Shown here in pieces: positions 12,096-26,944 of a stretch of DNA of 64,000 nucleotides. Where the stretch lies: the NCBI RefSeq assembly GCF_009914755.1, contig NC_060932.1; one strand, written 5' to 3'. Numbering within the stretch: position 1 is the stretch's first letter; each line of letters begins with the position of its first letter. The notes below the pieces were generated by a model. That model was not told where the DNA came from, searched no databases, and was given only the letters and a program-made list of their open reading frames with translations. A program made the position numbers and the translations under genes. This DNA comes from the human T2T-CHM13v2.0 reference genome, Homo sapiens.

Positions 12096-12819
12096 ATGTG
12101 CACATGTAGAGTTATGAATATAAAATCTGCCTTCTCCCATATATCCCTTTAAATTTGGAGCAAAAGGATGTCATCAGAGATGGTATAATTCCTACAGGGC
12201 AGCACCATGCATATCCAGTGTTGTTTCTCTTGTATTGCAAGCTGAGCTTAGGCTTTGTACAATTATGGCAAAATCTATTATGCTAAAAAGATCAAGGACA
12301 AGGCCATTTGGACAGGAAAAGCTTCCTTTCCTTAATGCAAATACAGACTGAATTATTTCTGAGTAAACATGATACCTCGTAAGAAAATCAGTCATGGCTA
12401 ATTTACAGGGGAGTATTTCAGTAAGAAGTCTGAACTAGAACTGAACACTCAGAAATTTTAGAGCCCACTGCATTGCACAGAGCTTGTTATGATGAAGCAG
12501 AGGAGACCCCCCGAAGTGCCCATCTTAAGGTACCACTTAAGTTTGCAGGATACTGAAATACATGAGGAAGATAAGTTTTCTCTTTCTGTGGGGAGGAATA
12601 GAGTTTCCCAAAGGAGAAGGGAGGGGCACCTGATAGAGGCATTTTGAGAGACGGATGCATGTTGGGAAAAAAGGAACTTGGGGAGGAAGACAGTGAAGAT
12701 GAAAGAAGCTCCTTCTTGGCATGACTTCTTGACCATGATCCTATCAGTGAACCTTCCACGACTTGTAAGGCTTGTGGTGACAGTGCATGCAACGATGCTG
12801 AAGGAGAAGTTTAAATAAA

Positions 12820-13330
12820 CACTTTTCAGCACAGTTCCATGGGACTTATCCAAGAAATGTGCATACTCTTCAATCGAATAATCACATATCTAAATACCTG
12901 TCATGTACAGATATACATATGTAGAAGAATGTGTGAGGGTTTTCACTGCAGCATGGTTGTAATTGTGAAACAAGGAAATGATTTATTCTTCTATTAAGAT
13001 GAGAATAGTTATGAAAGCTAAGAATATTGACAATATGAAATAATATGTAGAAAATTTTTACTGTATTAACATAAACTCTCTAAGTCTTTCACAACAGCAA
13101 AAATGCAACCACTAAAATCATGTTTTGATGAATGCTTAATGATATAAAATACAAAAGTAAATACATAGGTATGCATATATATGCAAAAGCAAGCATGTTT
13201 ACAAGATTACATAATACAGTATACTCTCAGCTATGTAAAAAATACATAGAAAAAAATGTAATATACATCGACAATATTGCTTATGTTGCTTCTGAGTGAG
13301 AAGCTACTGATTGATTTTTCTGTTTATTTT
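12820..13330 (+). mobile_element. Ancient L1ME-like fragment
   Basis: TTCACTGCAGCATGGTTGTAAT..ACAATATGAAATAATATGTAG resembles L1ME 3' sequence. Confidence 0.45.
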
Positions 13331-13849
13331 TCCTGCTCCTAGAGATACAAGCCTCCTGGGTGATGAGAAAGACAGAGAAGCATTTTTCATAGAGAGTTGC
13401 CAGGATTGCTCAGCATCCACATCAACCATGAAAGGCACCAGGAGAATGAACATCTGCATTTTTCTTGTCCATGATTCTTCTACATAATGCTACTGAAGCG
13501 AAGATAATCTTTAATTGTAGAAACAAGAAGAGAAGCAAATATATTACTAGTATCCAGAAGCTCCTTCACAGTTTTCAGATAATGCTAATGAGCTAGTTCC
13601 TGGTTTGTATCACAAACTTCTCCCAAATTCTTCCCCTAAACATTCCTTCATGGTGGAGCTAATTAGACTATTGCAGCTCCACCGTTCATTACTGCTTGTA
13701 TTTTGTAAAAATTAGTGCATATGTCATGGGCCTAGGGATACATCCATTGCAGGGAAATGGGAGTAGGGCATTCCCAGTTTTAGCTATAATTGAAAATTAT
13801 TCTTAGGGACGAAAATGCCATTGAATAATTCTGCCTTTTCTCCTCCTTG

Positions 13850-13888
13850 TTCTCTCTCTCTCTCTCTCTGTCTCTCTCATATCTATCT

Positions 13889-13919
<31 letters not shown>

Positions 13920-13937
13920 CTCTCTCTCTCTCTCTTT
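13850..13937 (+). repeat. (TC)n/(TTTC)n polypyrimidine simple repeat
   Basis: Seen directly. Confidence 0.95.
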
Positions 13938-14852
13938 ACTAAGTCTGGAAACCCTTAGAGTTTCTCTTGAATATATCAAGCTAATTATTTTTATTTTTAT
14001 TCACTACCTTTCATGCATTTCCTACTTCCAATAATCCTTTTTTATTAAGTCTCCCAATCCAAGTCCACCCTCACTCAAAAGTGACCTTCCCAGAGTAGGG
14101 TGTACAATGCGGAGTCCACATAAGCATCTCTATACTTCTAAGTTTTATGCCAAGAGCATGCTTATTTTAATAAGCAAAAAACAAGTAACAATGAAGAAAA
14201 TAATCATAAAGTAAAAATCCAAAAAAATAGAATAACAGAAGGTTTTCCTCAGAATTAAAAATAAACCTATTTTTATGCAGACATAAAATGAAAAAGTCTT
14301 TTATGCACAGATGTGTGAACCGGGACTATAGCTGGGTAATCAAATGGAAATAAAAGACAGTTTTTCTTACTTTAAGTCATTTCACTAACAAGCCTACCGA
14401 ATGCATTTGGAAACGATCTTTCATTGATCATTTTCTATTATTAATTATGGATAAGCAGAGATTTTTTCAAAAGCCCCTGAACCTGCTTAGCTTGTACAAA
14501 GATGCCACCAATCAGAGCCCACGGGTTACAGGAATTATTGATCCTTCTATAAAACGATCATGCAATCTCCTTCCTGAATCCAGTAAAATACTGAATAATA
14601 GGCTGAAAAGACATCACTATAGTATTAATCCAAGTACTGAATTGAACAATCAGTGGGCAATCTTTAGTTTTCTCCTTATGTTAATGGTAGTTCAAACAAT
14701 AACTTTGTATTATGTATTTTTCTATTTTATGTTTTTCTTGCAATTATAACATGTTTCAGAAAGTTTTTCTAGCATCTCACCATCCATAAAAATTCTCTCA
14801 GGAGGAGGAAGAATTTTCCTTGTGACAATTTCAGAGACATTCTTATTTTTAG

Positions 14853-15241
<389 letters not shown>

Positions 15242-18200
15242 CCTAGTTTCTTTTTCTAGACGTTTTAGCAAACACCTACTTAAGTATTTGCTACATTATT
15301 TCTAAAACAATATTCATTTTATATTTGGTCCTTTATATTGCGTCTTCAAATGAAGCTGAATTCTGTGAAGACTTTCCAGCTATATGGCTGTTTCCTCTGT
15401 TTCCTTGATATTCTGTGTATTCTAGTCCCTATAACAGATTTTGCATTTATACCACTACACTAAATAGTTCTTCTCAGACATTTATATGGATTTTGTGCCT
15501 ATTGGGGGATAAATTCACTGCAATGACGCAAATACCAGGTAACACACTCTATTTAACATTACAAAAATGCTTAGGGGCATGTTAAATGAAGTTCTATGGA
15601 ACAGCAATTGTATATTGCCTTTTAGGGTAGTGTTTAAAAGCTAATTACATATTCATCCATGCTTAGTTATTGAACCATAGAACACCTAAGTAAGCAATTT
15701 GTAGTTATCCAGTGTGAAATAGTTGTCCTATTAACACTAATTCAAAGCCTGGAAAAACAGCCTTTCTTAAAACCAAAGATAAAATAGAAACCAATACTTT
15801 CTTCAGTGCTAATGGAGCCCAATGCAGTTAAGCTAACAAATGCATCATATTCTCTACTAACTGTTCTGTTTTCCTGCTCACCTGAAACTTATATTAATAC
15901 ATCAAATTACAGAGGTTATTGTTAGCAATTTACATACCACCTGTTTTTATTTCCATTAACATTTTTCTTTAAATGTCTTTTTATATGTTCAGTCTTTTAT
16001 ATTGAAAGATAAATGTCTCCTACCTTTCAGAATCTTGAAATTAACACAATTAAGAGTTTTAATTTTCTACCACCCATGATTTTCTTTTTTAGGAGAGTTA
16101 CCTACACTCAGAAGCATTCTTAATGCAGCACTGTCATTTATAAAACAAAGACCCTCAATATTTTCCTTGCTTGTCTTTGAAGCATTTTTGTTTAATGTAT
16201 CATGATCTAAATGCAAAGCTCGTTCCCCAATCATTACTCCTTTCTATGTAAACTCTGATTAAACAAAACTGGATCATTTTAAATTAATGGTTATACAGTA
16301 TCCAGTGCAAGACCCTGGCTTTGAATGCTTAACCAATCTGTCTCAAACATTTTTCTTTTTTCCTAAGATTAGAGGAGTGTACGATAACTGTCTTTGATGC
16401 AATAGTTATGAATCTAAAGAAAAGCAAAAGTGTAAACCCAATGAGCTTAGGAGCAAATAATCTGGGCTAAGGTCCTAACTTTGCCATTTATCAGTGCTAC
16501 CAACAATGCTCCATGATCTTCAGGAACAGGCTGAAATTTTCTCAACCTCAGTGACTCATTTTTAATGTATTTTATAAAATTACCTATGTCACATTGGAAT
16601 TTTTAAGACCTATATTATCATTTGAGAAGAACAATACCACTGATTCAATCATCAAGTTTCTTTGAGCCACCAGGTTGCCTTCAGTGGACCCAGGAGCTTA
16701 CAGCACTGAAAAATCGGTACCCACAATTATATTAAACCTGAGAAAAGAGTTTTGCAGAGACCCAAAGCCCCTCATGACTGCAGAAGCACTCATAGATTAT
16801 CAGTTCTCTTGAGAAGGGAAGAGAGCTAGCTAGTCAGTGGGAGAAACCGTTGAGAGAACAGAATGTTCCTGTTCATATCCTTTTCACTTTGGTCACTGGC
16901 ATCTAATTCCTGGTCCATCTCATCCTGAGAATCAAACAAGCAAGAAACTGAGCAAAGTCAACAAAATTAAGTAGCCTAGCAGATATACTCACACTGTAAC
17001 AGGGATGTGCAAAAAGAATATGTCTCCTTCATTCTTTACAACTGTTCTTATTTTCCTCAAAAGTCACAAATCTTGGATAGTAGGGGGAAAATGCTACATT
17101 TAATTTGCCCAATCTGGAAATACTAGCCAGGTACAATAATTTAAATAGTGCTTTTAGGTGGAATATGTAATCTCACAGATTCCACATCTCCTCTCCTGAT
17201 GGAGGTTTGTGGCTTTTGTGACCTCAAAGAGAAAGAGTAAAGTAAATCTTGAATCCACATACTATCCTTTAATTCCTTTGGTTTCCATGGTGACATTCTT
17301 TGCTCTCCAGGTTGCTGCTCAGCCTGCTGGAATAAATCTAGCAGCTTGTATAACTCGAGGTCCATGTTTGCTTGTCTTGGTTAGGATCTGAAAGTCTAAT
17401 CCTAACGAGTTTTGCCTACGTGCATTCCAGACCCCAGGTCTTACTTTAACCCCTGTGCTCCTGACACCCAGCAATTCTGAGCAAATAAACCTTTTCACAT
17501 GCCTATAACCCATTCCTAATCCACCAGTATGCTGAGGTACACAGCAAATGGAATACAGAAGATCTTCTCCATATACGGAAAGCCTTTCAAATCTGTCTTC
17601 CTGATGCACAATACTGTTCTGAATGTTTTTAATTTCATTGTAACAATTTGTTCTCACTCTCATGTGCAACGCATCCCTGCAGACAAATGGATGCCATTAA
17701 TTGGCTAAGGAAAATGTCATGTAGAGGAAAATCATATTGAGGTTTTACTTAGATGAAATAATTCAGGGACCTAAGATAAATGCAACATATTTCACCTCCC
17801 TTTTCTAGTTTACTCACTAGTTCACTTAAGAAAGTGAAGGGGTGAGGTGAAGGGACTGAACAGTCCCCTGATTCTAAATGAAAGAAGACAAAAGGCAACA
17901 ATATGGAGGAGCTGGCAAGAGATTGGACCAACCTGGCAAAGAAAATAGGTCATTGAAAGCGCCATCATTTTATGTCAGAAAATCTATTCAAGCTTCTCCA
18001 TCTTCCCAAAATTGCTTTTTCAAATAATTTGTGAAAATCGCTGATTTCTGAATCAGTACAAAGTAACTGCAGATCAAAGAGAATTCTGCTGGCTTGATTT
18101 TCTAGAAGGCTGGATAGTGACCTTGCAAAGAATCACCTTTATTGACCTCAAATGTATTTCCTTGTTCCTTTTTCCACCTTCCCTGACCCTTGCATTTTTG

Positions 18201-18693
18201 CCATTATTGGTGTAGAGATTAAAACATGAGAAAAAAATTTATAAACATCACTTTCTTTATCTTCTGAGTGTTATATATGCTACGCTTTCCTTTCCTGATG
18301 AAATTGTGGTTGTGGAATCATACAGCGCTGCTGAATTCTCCTTTATTATCTTTTATTATCTTGATAGTTCCTCTGGTTCTCTCTATCAGGAGGTCAAAGA
18401 AGTATTTTTTTCAATACTTTTTTTAAGATACTGTCAATATATGTTTTAAGTGAAAAAAACTATATTATGACATCATTTCACTTTCTAGATGTATGTTTAA
18501 GCTGCTTTATTTGTTTGCTTTCCTTATACTGATCATTATCTTAGGGGAATAAGATAATAAGTGTCATAAACTGTGTCCCAACCTGTCCTAAGCCCTTTGC
18601 GTATATCCATTCTTGGGGAAATGCTGCAACATTTTCAGTCCCATGGCTGTTCCAATAGAGTGAATCAATGAGTATGAAGCTTTCTAAACTGGG

Positions 18694-19143
18694 TATATTA
18701 GTTTGCTAGGACTGCTATAACAAACTGCACATACTAGGTGGTTTATACAACAGAAATTTATTGTCTCACATTTCTGGAAGCTAGAAGTCCAAGATCAAGG
18801 TGTATCCAGGTCTATTCCTTCTGAAGGCTGTGAGAGAAAATCTGCCCCGTGCCTTCCTCCCAGTTTCTGGTGGTTTGCTGGCAATGTTTGTCATTCTTTG
18901 GCTTCATTCTTTGGCTATCCCTGCCTTCATCTTTGCATGGTGTTATCCATGTGTGTGTATTTGTGTCCAAATTTCTCCCCTTTTATGAGGACACCAGTCA
19001 TATTGGATTAGGATCCATCCTAAAGACCTCATTTTAAACACTTACATCTGCAATCACTGTATTTCTAAATAAAGTCACATTCTGAGGTTTGAGGGTTAGG
19101 ATTTTAACATACAAATTTGGGGAAAAACACAATTCAAACCATA
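18694..19143 (-). mobile_element. MLT1C-like MaLR LTR
   Basis: TATTAGTTTGCTAGG.CTGCTATAACAAA..CAACAGAAATTTATTGTCTCACA.TTCTGGA.GCTAGAAGTCCAAGATCAAGGTGT. Confidence 0.85.
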
Positions 19144-19416
19144 GCTTTGACTATCCCAAGGAGACACACATTTGGATAATTTCAACAGTCACCTCAAAAC
19201 ATTACTTTTAGAAAGAGTTCTTTGCAGCAGATTTTCTTGCATCAAAGCATTTGTGGTCTCGCAATACTTGATACTTTCACTAATTCATGAATGTGAAGGT
19301 TAAGTTTCATCTTCAAAATAATATCAAATTCCTTCCTCAAGTTACTCCTAGCAAAGAGGCTGGGTGCCAGTGATTACACAACCACCATCTTTTTTTAATC
19401 TAAATCATTTCTAAGC

Positions 19417-19780
19417 TGCTATGGTGTGAATGCTTGTGTTCATCCAAAATTTGCATGTTGAAATCTTGACCACTAAGGTGATGGAATGGAGGTGGGGCCT
19501 TTAGTGGGTGATTAGGCCATGAGTATGAAGCTCTCATGAATCAAATCAGTGACCTTATAAAAGAGTCTCCAGAGAGCCCTTAACCCCTTCCACCATGTGA
19601 GGACACTATGAGAGGATGACTGTCTATGAACCGGGTAGTGGGGACTCACTGGACACAAAATCTGCCAGCACCTTGATCTTGGATATTCCAGTCTCCAGAA
19701 CTGTCAGAAATAAGTTTCTGTTACTTATAAGCCACTCAGTTTATGGTATTTTGCCATAGCTGCCCAAATGGGCAAAGACA
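19417..19780 (+). mobile_element. MLT1A0-like MaLR solo LTR
   Basis: TGCTATGG..AAGACA termini; 5-bp TSD TAAGC/TAGGC. Confidence 0.9.
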
Positions 19781-22700
19781 TAGGCCAAATGCCTTGACAG
19801 AGTTGCACAGTTATGGCTGTGTCACTAAATTTTACTATTTACCATTTATTGTAAAGGATGCCAAGAAAGAAGCTTTCTGGAGGTCCTAATCTCATTCACA
19901 AATGTTATTGAGTTTTTTTTAACAAGTATACAATTATTTTCTTAGAAACACCTAAACCACCTACAATAAGCTCAGTTGCAAAGCATCTATCTAAACTCAA
20001 CTAGTCAAGTGTATATTGCCAGCATACAGGATTGTGTAACATCTCTTTTATGATGCAGTTATGGCCTTCACTCATGGGTAAGTACAATTTTAGAATTTTT
20101 AAGGCTAAGAACCACATATTATTTACTATTGTTATCAAAGCCCGACACATGCTTAGCCCCTAATAAAAATTAGTTGAAAAGCTTAATAAAAGGCAAATGA
20201 ATGGATGTAAAAGTGAATTATGTAGCTGTTCTTGATTTCAGTACCAACCTACTAATTGAACTATATTTACTGAACTTTTTCTTCAAACCCACAGTACTTC
20301 AGAGGGAATATATACCACCACATCTAGTTGAAGAAAGTAAATTTTAGAGGAAAGCCCATGTTTATGAGAAAAATAAACAGAGACATGTCAAGTCGGTAGC
20401 CAGCTGTTTCTGTATCTTGGATGTGTCCCGAGAAATCATCTCCTTGCCCAGGTTCAACTTCATTTAGTATGGAGTTTGGACTATATGCCTATGGACTTGG
20501 TGCTGATGGTTGTGAGCAAAGTTTTGCATTCTGATTCATTTCTTTTGTATCTGAAGTCCTCAAGGATAGTGACATGACCTTCTCTTCTTTCTTCTGTCGC
20601 CATGGTTACAAGAACTCTGCATCTCATGACTGAGACAAGCAGCTGACTGGATCTTATATCCAAGGTTTTTTCTGGTGGGCAAAGCTTTGGCCAGTTTGTA
20701 TGAACCCAGAGCTGCCTATTTTGTCTAGCAGATATTAGCAAATATTTTGTTTGATTTCTTGATTGATTTATGAGCTCTGTCAATAATTCTGCAATTGTGA
20801 AATTTAGAGGCTTTGTTCTCTTTAAGAAGGACAAATCCTTTGTAATGAAAATTTGAGGTTGCAGTAGATGTCATAAGCAATTGTTGGCATGTTCTAATTT
20901 AAGAAATCGTTTCCTGTTCCCCCAGTATTTTGATTGCTGGAAAATCCTTTCATTTGAGTTTAAATACTTTGGCTAAAAGCTCTGTGAGGAGAATGTAAGT
21001 ACATATTCAGAAAATTGGGATACTGTAAAGGTAAGATTTCAGTTGAATGGAGAGGAAGAGGACATTGCTTTAATGGGAAGTATTGGGTGGCTCATCCCAG
21101 TAGGATTAGGCATTTCTGAGGGCAGTTGTAAAGAGACAGGGTAGTGCCTGGAGAGAACAGTGGCACCCAAAGATGGGAAAGGTATAAAGAAAAGACTGGT
21201 CAGTTATTCGAGGAAAATGGTAGTTAAAACATGTGCCCATTTCAAACTTTTCCTCAAGCATAACTTAGAAACAGTTTCCCACGTGCCAGCAAATGACAAA
21301 AGGAAGGAAAAGTCACTTTAACATCTAAAACAGCTCTGCAGAGGGTTTTTACAACTCCTTTGCATTACCAGTGCAGAGAGCAATTGTTTCACAAAGTGTA
21401 TCGTAACACTTGACCAAATTTATATCATGTTTATATTCTTCTTAAAACAAACAGAAAATACAAATATCTGTCTGAAACAGATCTGTGAAACTGTAATAAC
21501 AGAAACAAGAAATGAGTTTATTGTTCCCATTAGGCCTGCTGTTCTATCTGTTTGACCTATGCTAATTTTTGCCCTCAGTGTTCATGGATAAGGAGGAAGG
21601 CAAAATGAGTCCACCCTCCAATATAATGATGGCAGCAATCTATAATGGATCTTGAACATTTCCAAATACAAGGCTTCAGTGAGGGCAGAGGAAAATGCGA
21701 ATACAAACAATACTAAATTAAAATGGAATTTTTCCTTTCTCTTCAGTGCTAACTCACCTTGGTTCTTTAGCAGCTGAGGTTAGGCTATTTCACTCATACT
21801 GCCTCCCAGCCTTACTTTGATATCTGGCCCTAGGACGTGTTTTCTTTGCAGTACTTTCATGTGGTGGTTGGTTTTTCTTTTACTTTTGGGGGTCGGGAGG
21901 TATGATCCAGATCCTCCCCAATCTCAAACACTGTTCCTGATCATCACTCCCTGATGCTCTAAAGCAATCATTTTTGAAGGACATACCTGGAAATACCATC
22001 CCCTCCTCTTCTAGTTGCTCTCATCCACAGAACTGTCACCTATACTCTTCATTCAGGCAAACTGCAACCCCTTACTTACACACTTCATGTGTATTCCAAG
22101 TTCTCCCATCATCATGGAGAATCCAGCACTCAGGTCGACAACCATGCAACTCCCTAGCCTCTGAGTTCTTCAACGGCTTCATATCCAATGACTCTACTCC
22201 ATTTCAGTTGCACACTCCCATGGCCTTGCCCTTGTCATTTTTCTTACCTGTAACCACTCTAATTTCAAAATACCTTGTTTTTGATCATAAAACGTTCAAT
22301 GTCAGCTTTAAAATATATATATTTCCTTTATGACTTATAGCATTCTACTTTCTGTCAATCTAGAAGTCACATATATAGAATACTCCTTGAGCAAATAAAT
22401 GAATGGAAACACTTGTAAAATTAAGAGGAACATGCCAATAGCCTGATTACAATAACATCTCTTCCTCTACTGAATAGAAACCTCTAGATCCTGTGGTGAG
22501 TCTGGTCTTGAGTTTTTGTGTGCACTGCTGGGTCCAGATGAAACCTCAGCTTCCTGCCTCCCAATGTCGTTACAAAAGAACTTGACGCAGGAGTGGGTGG
22601 AGTGGAGGACAAAAGTCACAGGAAGAATCAAGACATTCATTAACACTATAGTAGCATTTGTATTTGAAATATAAAAAATAATCCTAAAATATACCTCTTT

Positions 22701-23319
22701 ATAACTGAGGGGACCAAAAATTATATGTGGCATGAGATGCCTCTCTTTTATTTTCCCTTATTTTCTCTCCATAGAATTAGAGACACACAAATTCTTTCCC
22801 TTAGCTGGCTAATTGAGGGATAACTTTAACAAACATAGGTTATCTGAACCTGTAGAAATGGACTCTTGTAAGTGTCCAAAAGACCCCCTTACCAGGTTAC
22901 ATCTTAATGAGTAATTTTTGGCTCTGTTTTAGTTGTACTCTATGAGGTTCATAAACTTAGTTAGCTGGACTTATGGTCATTTGCACAATATGTTAAACTG
23001 GATTTCTTTCCTTCATTTCAGAAAAAAAAATTCATTTAACTAAATCTCTTGAGATTATTGAATAATTCAAAATCAGACAAGGTCACTTCTAATGGGAAGT
23101 CTTTCGTAACTTCTCTTTCTCTGTCATTCTACAAAATGTTCTTAATAAACCCATTACAGTCTGTAAACAACATTGCAGTGACACTATAATAGTGTCACTA
23201 TTCTTTCAAGAAGCTGTAAGTTAGTATTGCCAGGTGAGTAAACATGTTTTAAGTCTAGAATGCAATGGCTCAATAATAATGTGATGATGCTCAATAATTG
23301 TATATAAACATCTTTATGA

Positions 23320-23480
23320 ATGAATGACTAGGGCTATACCAATATGAGCTATAGTTAATTAACTTAATGAATATTTATGAACCATTCACTATATGCCAGC
23401 TATTATTCTAGGTGCTGTCAATATATCAGTGAAAAAAGCAGGTAAAATTTCCTGCCACATGAAGCTTATAATTTCTGCAT
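23320..23480 (-). mobile_element. L2 3' fragment
   Basis: AATATTTA.TGA.C.TTCACTATATGCCAG..ATTCTAGGTGCTG. Confidence 0.6.
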
Positions 23481-23529
23481 TCTAGAGGAAAAAGAAAGTT
23501 TGTCATCCATGGAGGAAAGTCAGTTAGAT

Positions 23530-23927
23530 GTCCCTTCAAAAAGAGACTATTGCAAGCATCTGCCAAATGAGCCGCTATAGCCTTTGGTTGTTCCCAGCCA
23601 ATGACTGAACTGAGAGTGGGTACTAGAGATGGGTCACTTCAGCCTACAGGGGGGCTCCCTTAATAATTAATCTCTGCTTTTTGGGTCTCCCCACAGGGCA
23701 CCTGGCCAATAATTTCTCGAAGCTACATTGTAGTCTGAGGCTCTTTTTACCTAATTCTTCTTCCCACCTTCTTACCTTATTCAGATGTCAGCCTTGTAGT
23801 ATGGTCTGAAGGCTGTCCATATCCACTTTACTCACCCCCTGTTTATTCTAGAGGTGTTTCCCCCTCTAAAGTCTCTTGCACTTCTAATTCCATCTTAGGG
23901 TCTTGTTGAAGGCACTGCACTGATACA
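23530..23927 (+). mobile_element. LTR16A-like ERVL LTR
   Basis: CCCAGCCAATGACTGA..TGAGGCTCT..ATGGTCTGAAGGCT..TCTCTTGCAC.TCTAAT.CCATCTT.G. Confidence 0.7.
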
Positions 23928-24134
23928 GAAGGTAGCAAATTTTGTTTCACTTTAATACTTTAAATATGAAATCGACTTCTAGACTTATATGACTGGCCAT
24001 CATATGCTTACTACTGCTCCACCCTACTCTAAGGTTTCAGGAAATCCACAAAGTGAAAGAAAAATCATTCCAATTATAATGCAAATAACAATTATGCAGA
24101 CATCTGTCAGAAAGCAACACCATTAGAATTCCAA

Positions 24135-24313
24135 ACAATGGGGTGCTAAAGCTGGCTAGGGCCAATTCTGTGCATCTCTTCCAAAACCCTGTATTCAATG
24201 ATATTATGTTGTTAGCTGGAAATCAGCCACGGTGGTGGAAGAATTTCCACTGTATAAACTGGCAAAAGCTACACATCAGATTTAATTTTGTTTTGGGGAG
24301 TATGTGTGTGTGT

Positions 24314-24348
<35 letters not shown>

Positions 24349-24368
24349 CAGACAGCTAGTTTACCACT
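24135..24368 (+). mobile_element. MER63-like (hAT-Blackjack) with internal (TG)n at about 24303-24345
   Basis: TGTGCATCTCTTCC..TAGCT.GAAATCAGCCACGGTGG..GGCAAA.GCTACA.ATCAG. Confidence 0.75.
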
Positions 24369-25203
24369 ATGTCATTGCTTGCAGACATTATTCAGGCATG
24401 CCTGACCAGTAGTTCAAGAATAAGAATGCATGCTTTTTCAAAGAGAAACAAAAATAGACAAGCAAAACTCTGCAGAATCTTTTTGAAAATAAACTCAAGC
24501 TTATTCTAGGTTAAAATAGTTTAATATTCTCTCCACTGGGTCCCACTTTAAACACTCATGTATTTTACAGTCCAATGTTCTTTCCTCTTCTCCGCTCTTC
24601 TAGGCTCTATAGCCCCCTTCCAGGGTAGCCCTCTCTGGAGGCAGCACATTATTATTTTGGTCCTTTGATCTTGCATTTAGTATGGAAGCTCCATTGTGTT
24701 TCTGAGAATATATTGTCCAAAGAAAGTAATGTTCTGACTAATTCTTTGTAATTAAACACATTATATTGCCTCCTGATTTGCACATTGAATTACAAAATTT
24801 TGAAATACATAAACATCATTGATGCCAAATACTCAAAATAAATCATTTCTGATATCTGTGGGATTAATGAATATTAATTATCTGACATTCATTACTCTTT
24901 AAAATTTATTTTCTATTATTGCTCATGTCTTGTACTTTGATTTTTCATATTATTCCCAGGCTGTACTTGGTATCTTCTTCCTGTACAGCTTTTATCTACT
25001 ATGAAATGTATTCTGGTCAATCAAGGTGGAAGTGTTTTGATTTCTTTTTTTTTCTTTTGGTTTTGTCTTTTTGTTTTCTTTTATACTTTAAAACAAAATA
25101 TCTCATCATCGGTCTTTACAGAACCATATGAGGAAAATATTGGTTCTCTGATTTTCTGTGGTCCTAGTAAAATAATTAAAGAAATGAAAATAATAAAAAG
25201 CAA

Positions 25204-25492
25204 GGTCAGGCATGGTGGCTCATGCATGTAATCCCAGCACTTTGGGAGGCCGAGGTCGGCAGATGACTTGAGGCCAGGAGTTTGAGACAAGCCTGGCCAA
25301 CATGGTAAAAACCCATCTCTACTAAAAACACAAAAATTAGCCAGGCATGGTGGCACATGCCTGTAATCCCAGGTACTCGGGAGTCTAAGGCATGAAAATC
25401 ACTTGAACCCAGGAGGCAGAGGTTTCAGTGAGCCAAGATTGCGCCACTGCACTCCAGCCTGGGCGACTGTGACATCTCGAAAAAAGAAAAAA
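25204..25492 (+). mobile_element. AluS (Sz/Sx-like)
   Basis: Full Alu dimer with A tail; probable TSD AAAAGCAA/AAAGGCAA. Confidence 0.95.
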
Positions 25493-26510
25493 AGGCAATA
25501 TACCTATCCCACGATCTTTATGAATGCATTTATATGAATGCACTTTTGACAAGATATCTGCCAACTTTCTCAGAAGAACAAAGAATGCATTCCTTATTTT
25601 TAGTGGTACTAGGAAAATAGTAACAATATTGAGAACACGTTTCACATGTCCTTTGACGTAACCTGATGTTTTTGAGTATGCTCATTAAGAGGAAGCCAAA
25701 CAAAACACTAAATAAAGGGAGGCCAAATTGTGTTGCAACATGACTCCTCTCCTCTCCCTTACTCACACACACAAGGCCAGCCTCATTCACTGTAGTCATC
25801 CTTCCTTCTCACTGAGCATGGAAAAGCCTGCAATCCTCTTCACTATTAGAGTTTGTTATAAGTTAAAAATGTCTTTTTTACTGAGATCTTTTTTTAATGT
25901 ACTATATAATATGTGTTTAATATTCTTACATGCTTGAAGTTCCTCTTGAAGATACACTAGGGGTCAAAATATTTTTTTAATTTTTCCGTGTTCCTAGAGA
26001 CACTAATATTTCTGTATTTTATAGATGTTGCATAACTTTGCCCTTCCCTGCTGGCGTTTCCCTGGTTCTATTTCATCTATATATTCTATGAGGCCTTTAT
26101 TAAACATTTGTATATGTGTATACAGGCCTGTATTAAATAGATTTGAATTTTCATTAGAGATGTTTTATGCACTCAAGCTGTTTATAAAAAACTAAAAAAT
26201 GCCTGAAACATTAATATCAAATGACTAAAAAGGAAGTTGCTCATTTATCTGGTATCCTCAACTAAAGTGCTATAAAAATATCTGGTTGATGAGGAATTCT
26301 GACAAATAATAGCTTTGGCTTCACATTTAAGAAAAACTTCCAGTCATTTGATTCCAAGGTTTACAGTCATAAGAGAACAAACTCACAAATGAATTTCACC
26401 AGCAGTTAATATTCTGACATACCCTGTATATCCAATAATCCTCTGTCCATCTGATAGCCCGCTTCATATTATAAGAAGAGAGAAATTGCAAATATTTGCT
26501 CCTAAGCTCT

Positions 26511-26902
26511 TGTGATAGGCAGAATGATGATCCCACAAAAATGTCTTTGTCCTAATCCTCAGAACTTGTGAATATATTACCTTTCAAGGCAAAAAAGACG
26601 TCTGTATAGATGTGATTAAGAATCTTGATATAGGGAGAGTGTTCTAGCTTATCAGAATGGGTTACAATGTGATCATTAAAGTTTTTATAAGTGGAAGAGG
26701 GAGACAGCAGTGTCAGAGAGAGATCTGAAATTGCTACCCTGCTGACTGAAGGTGGACGAAGAGGTCATGAACCAAGGAAGGCAGGTGGCCTCCAGAAGCT
26801 GGAAAAAGGATAAATTTTCCCTAAAAGCTTTCAGCAGAAACATGGCCAACTCCTTAATTATAGCTCGGTGAAGACTTCTGACCTCCAGCACTGTAAGATA
26901 AG

Positions 26903-26944
<42 letters not shown>

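Noticed and set aside
12458-12853. 131-aa minus-strand ORF
   Set aside because: TTG start, no recognisable homology and no convincing splice boundaries
20481-20834. 117-aa minus-strand ORF
   Set aside because: Non-ATG start and no recognisable protein family
21750-21760. Strong minus-strand donor AAG|GTGAGT
   Set aside because: No convincing acceptor found at exon distance
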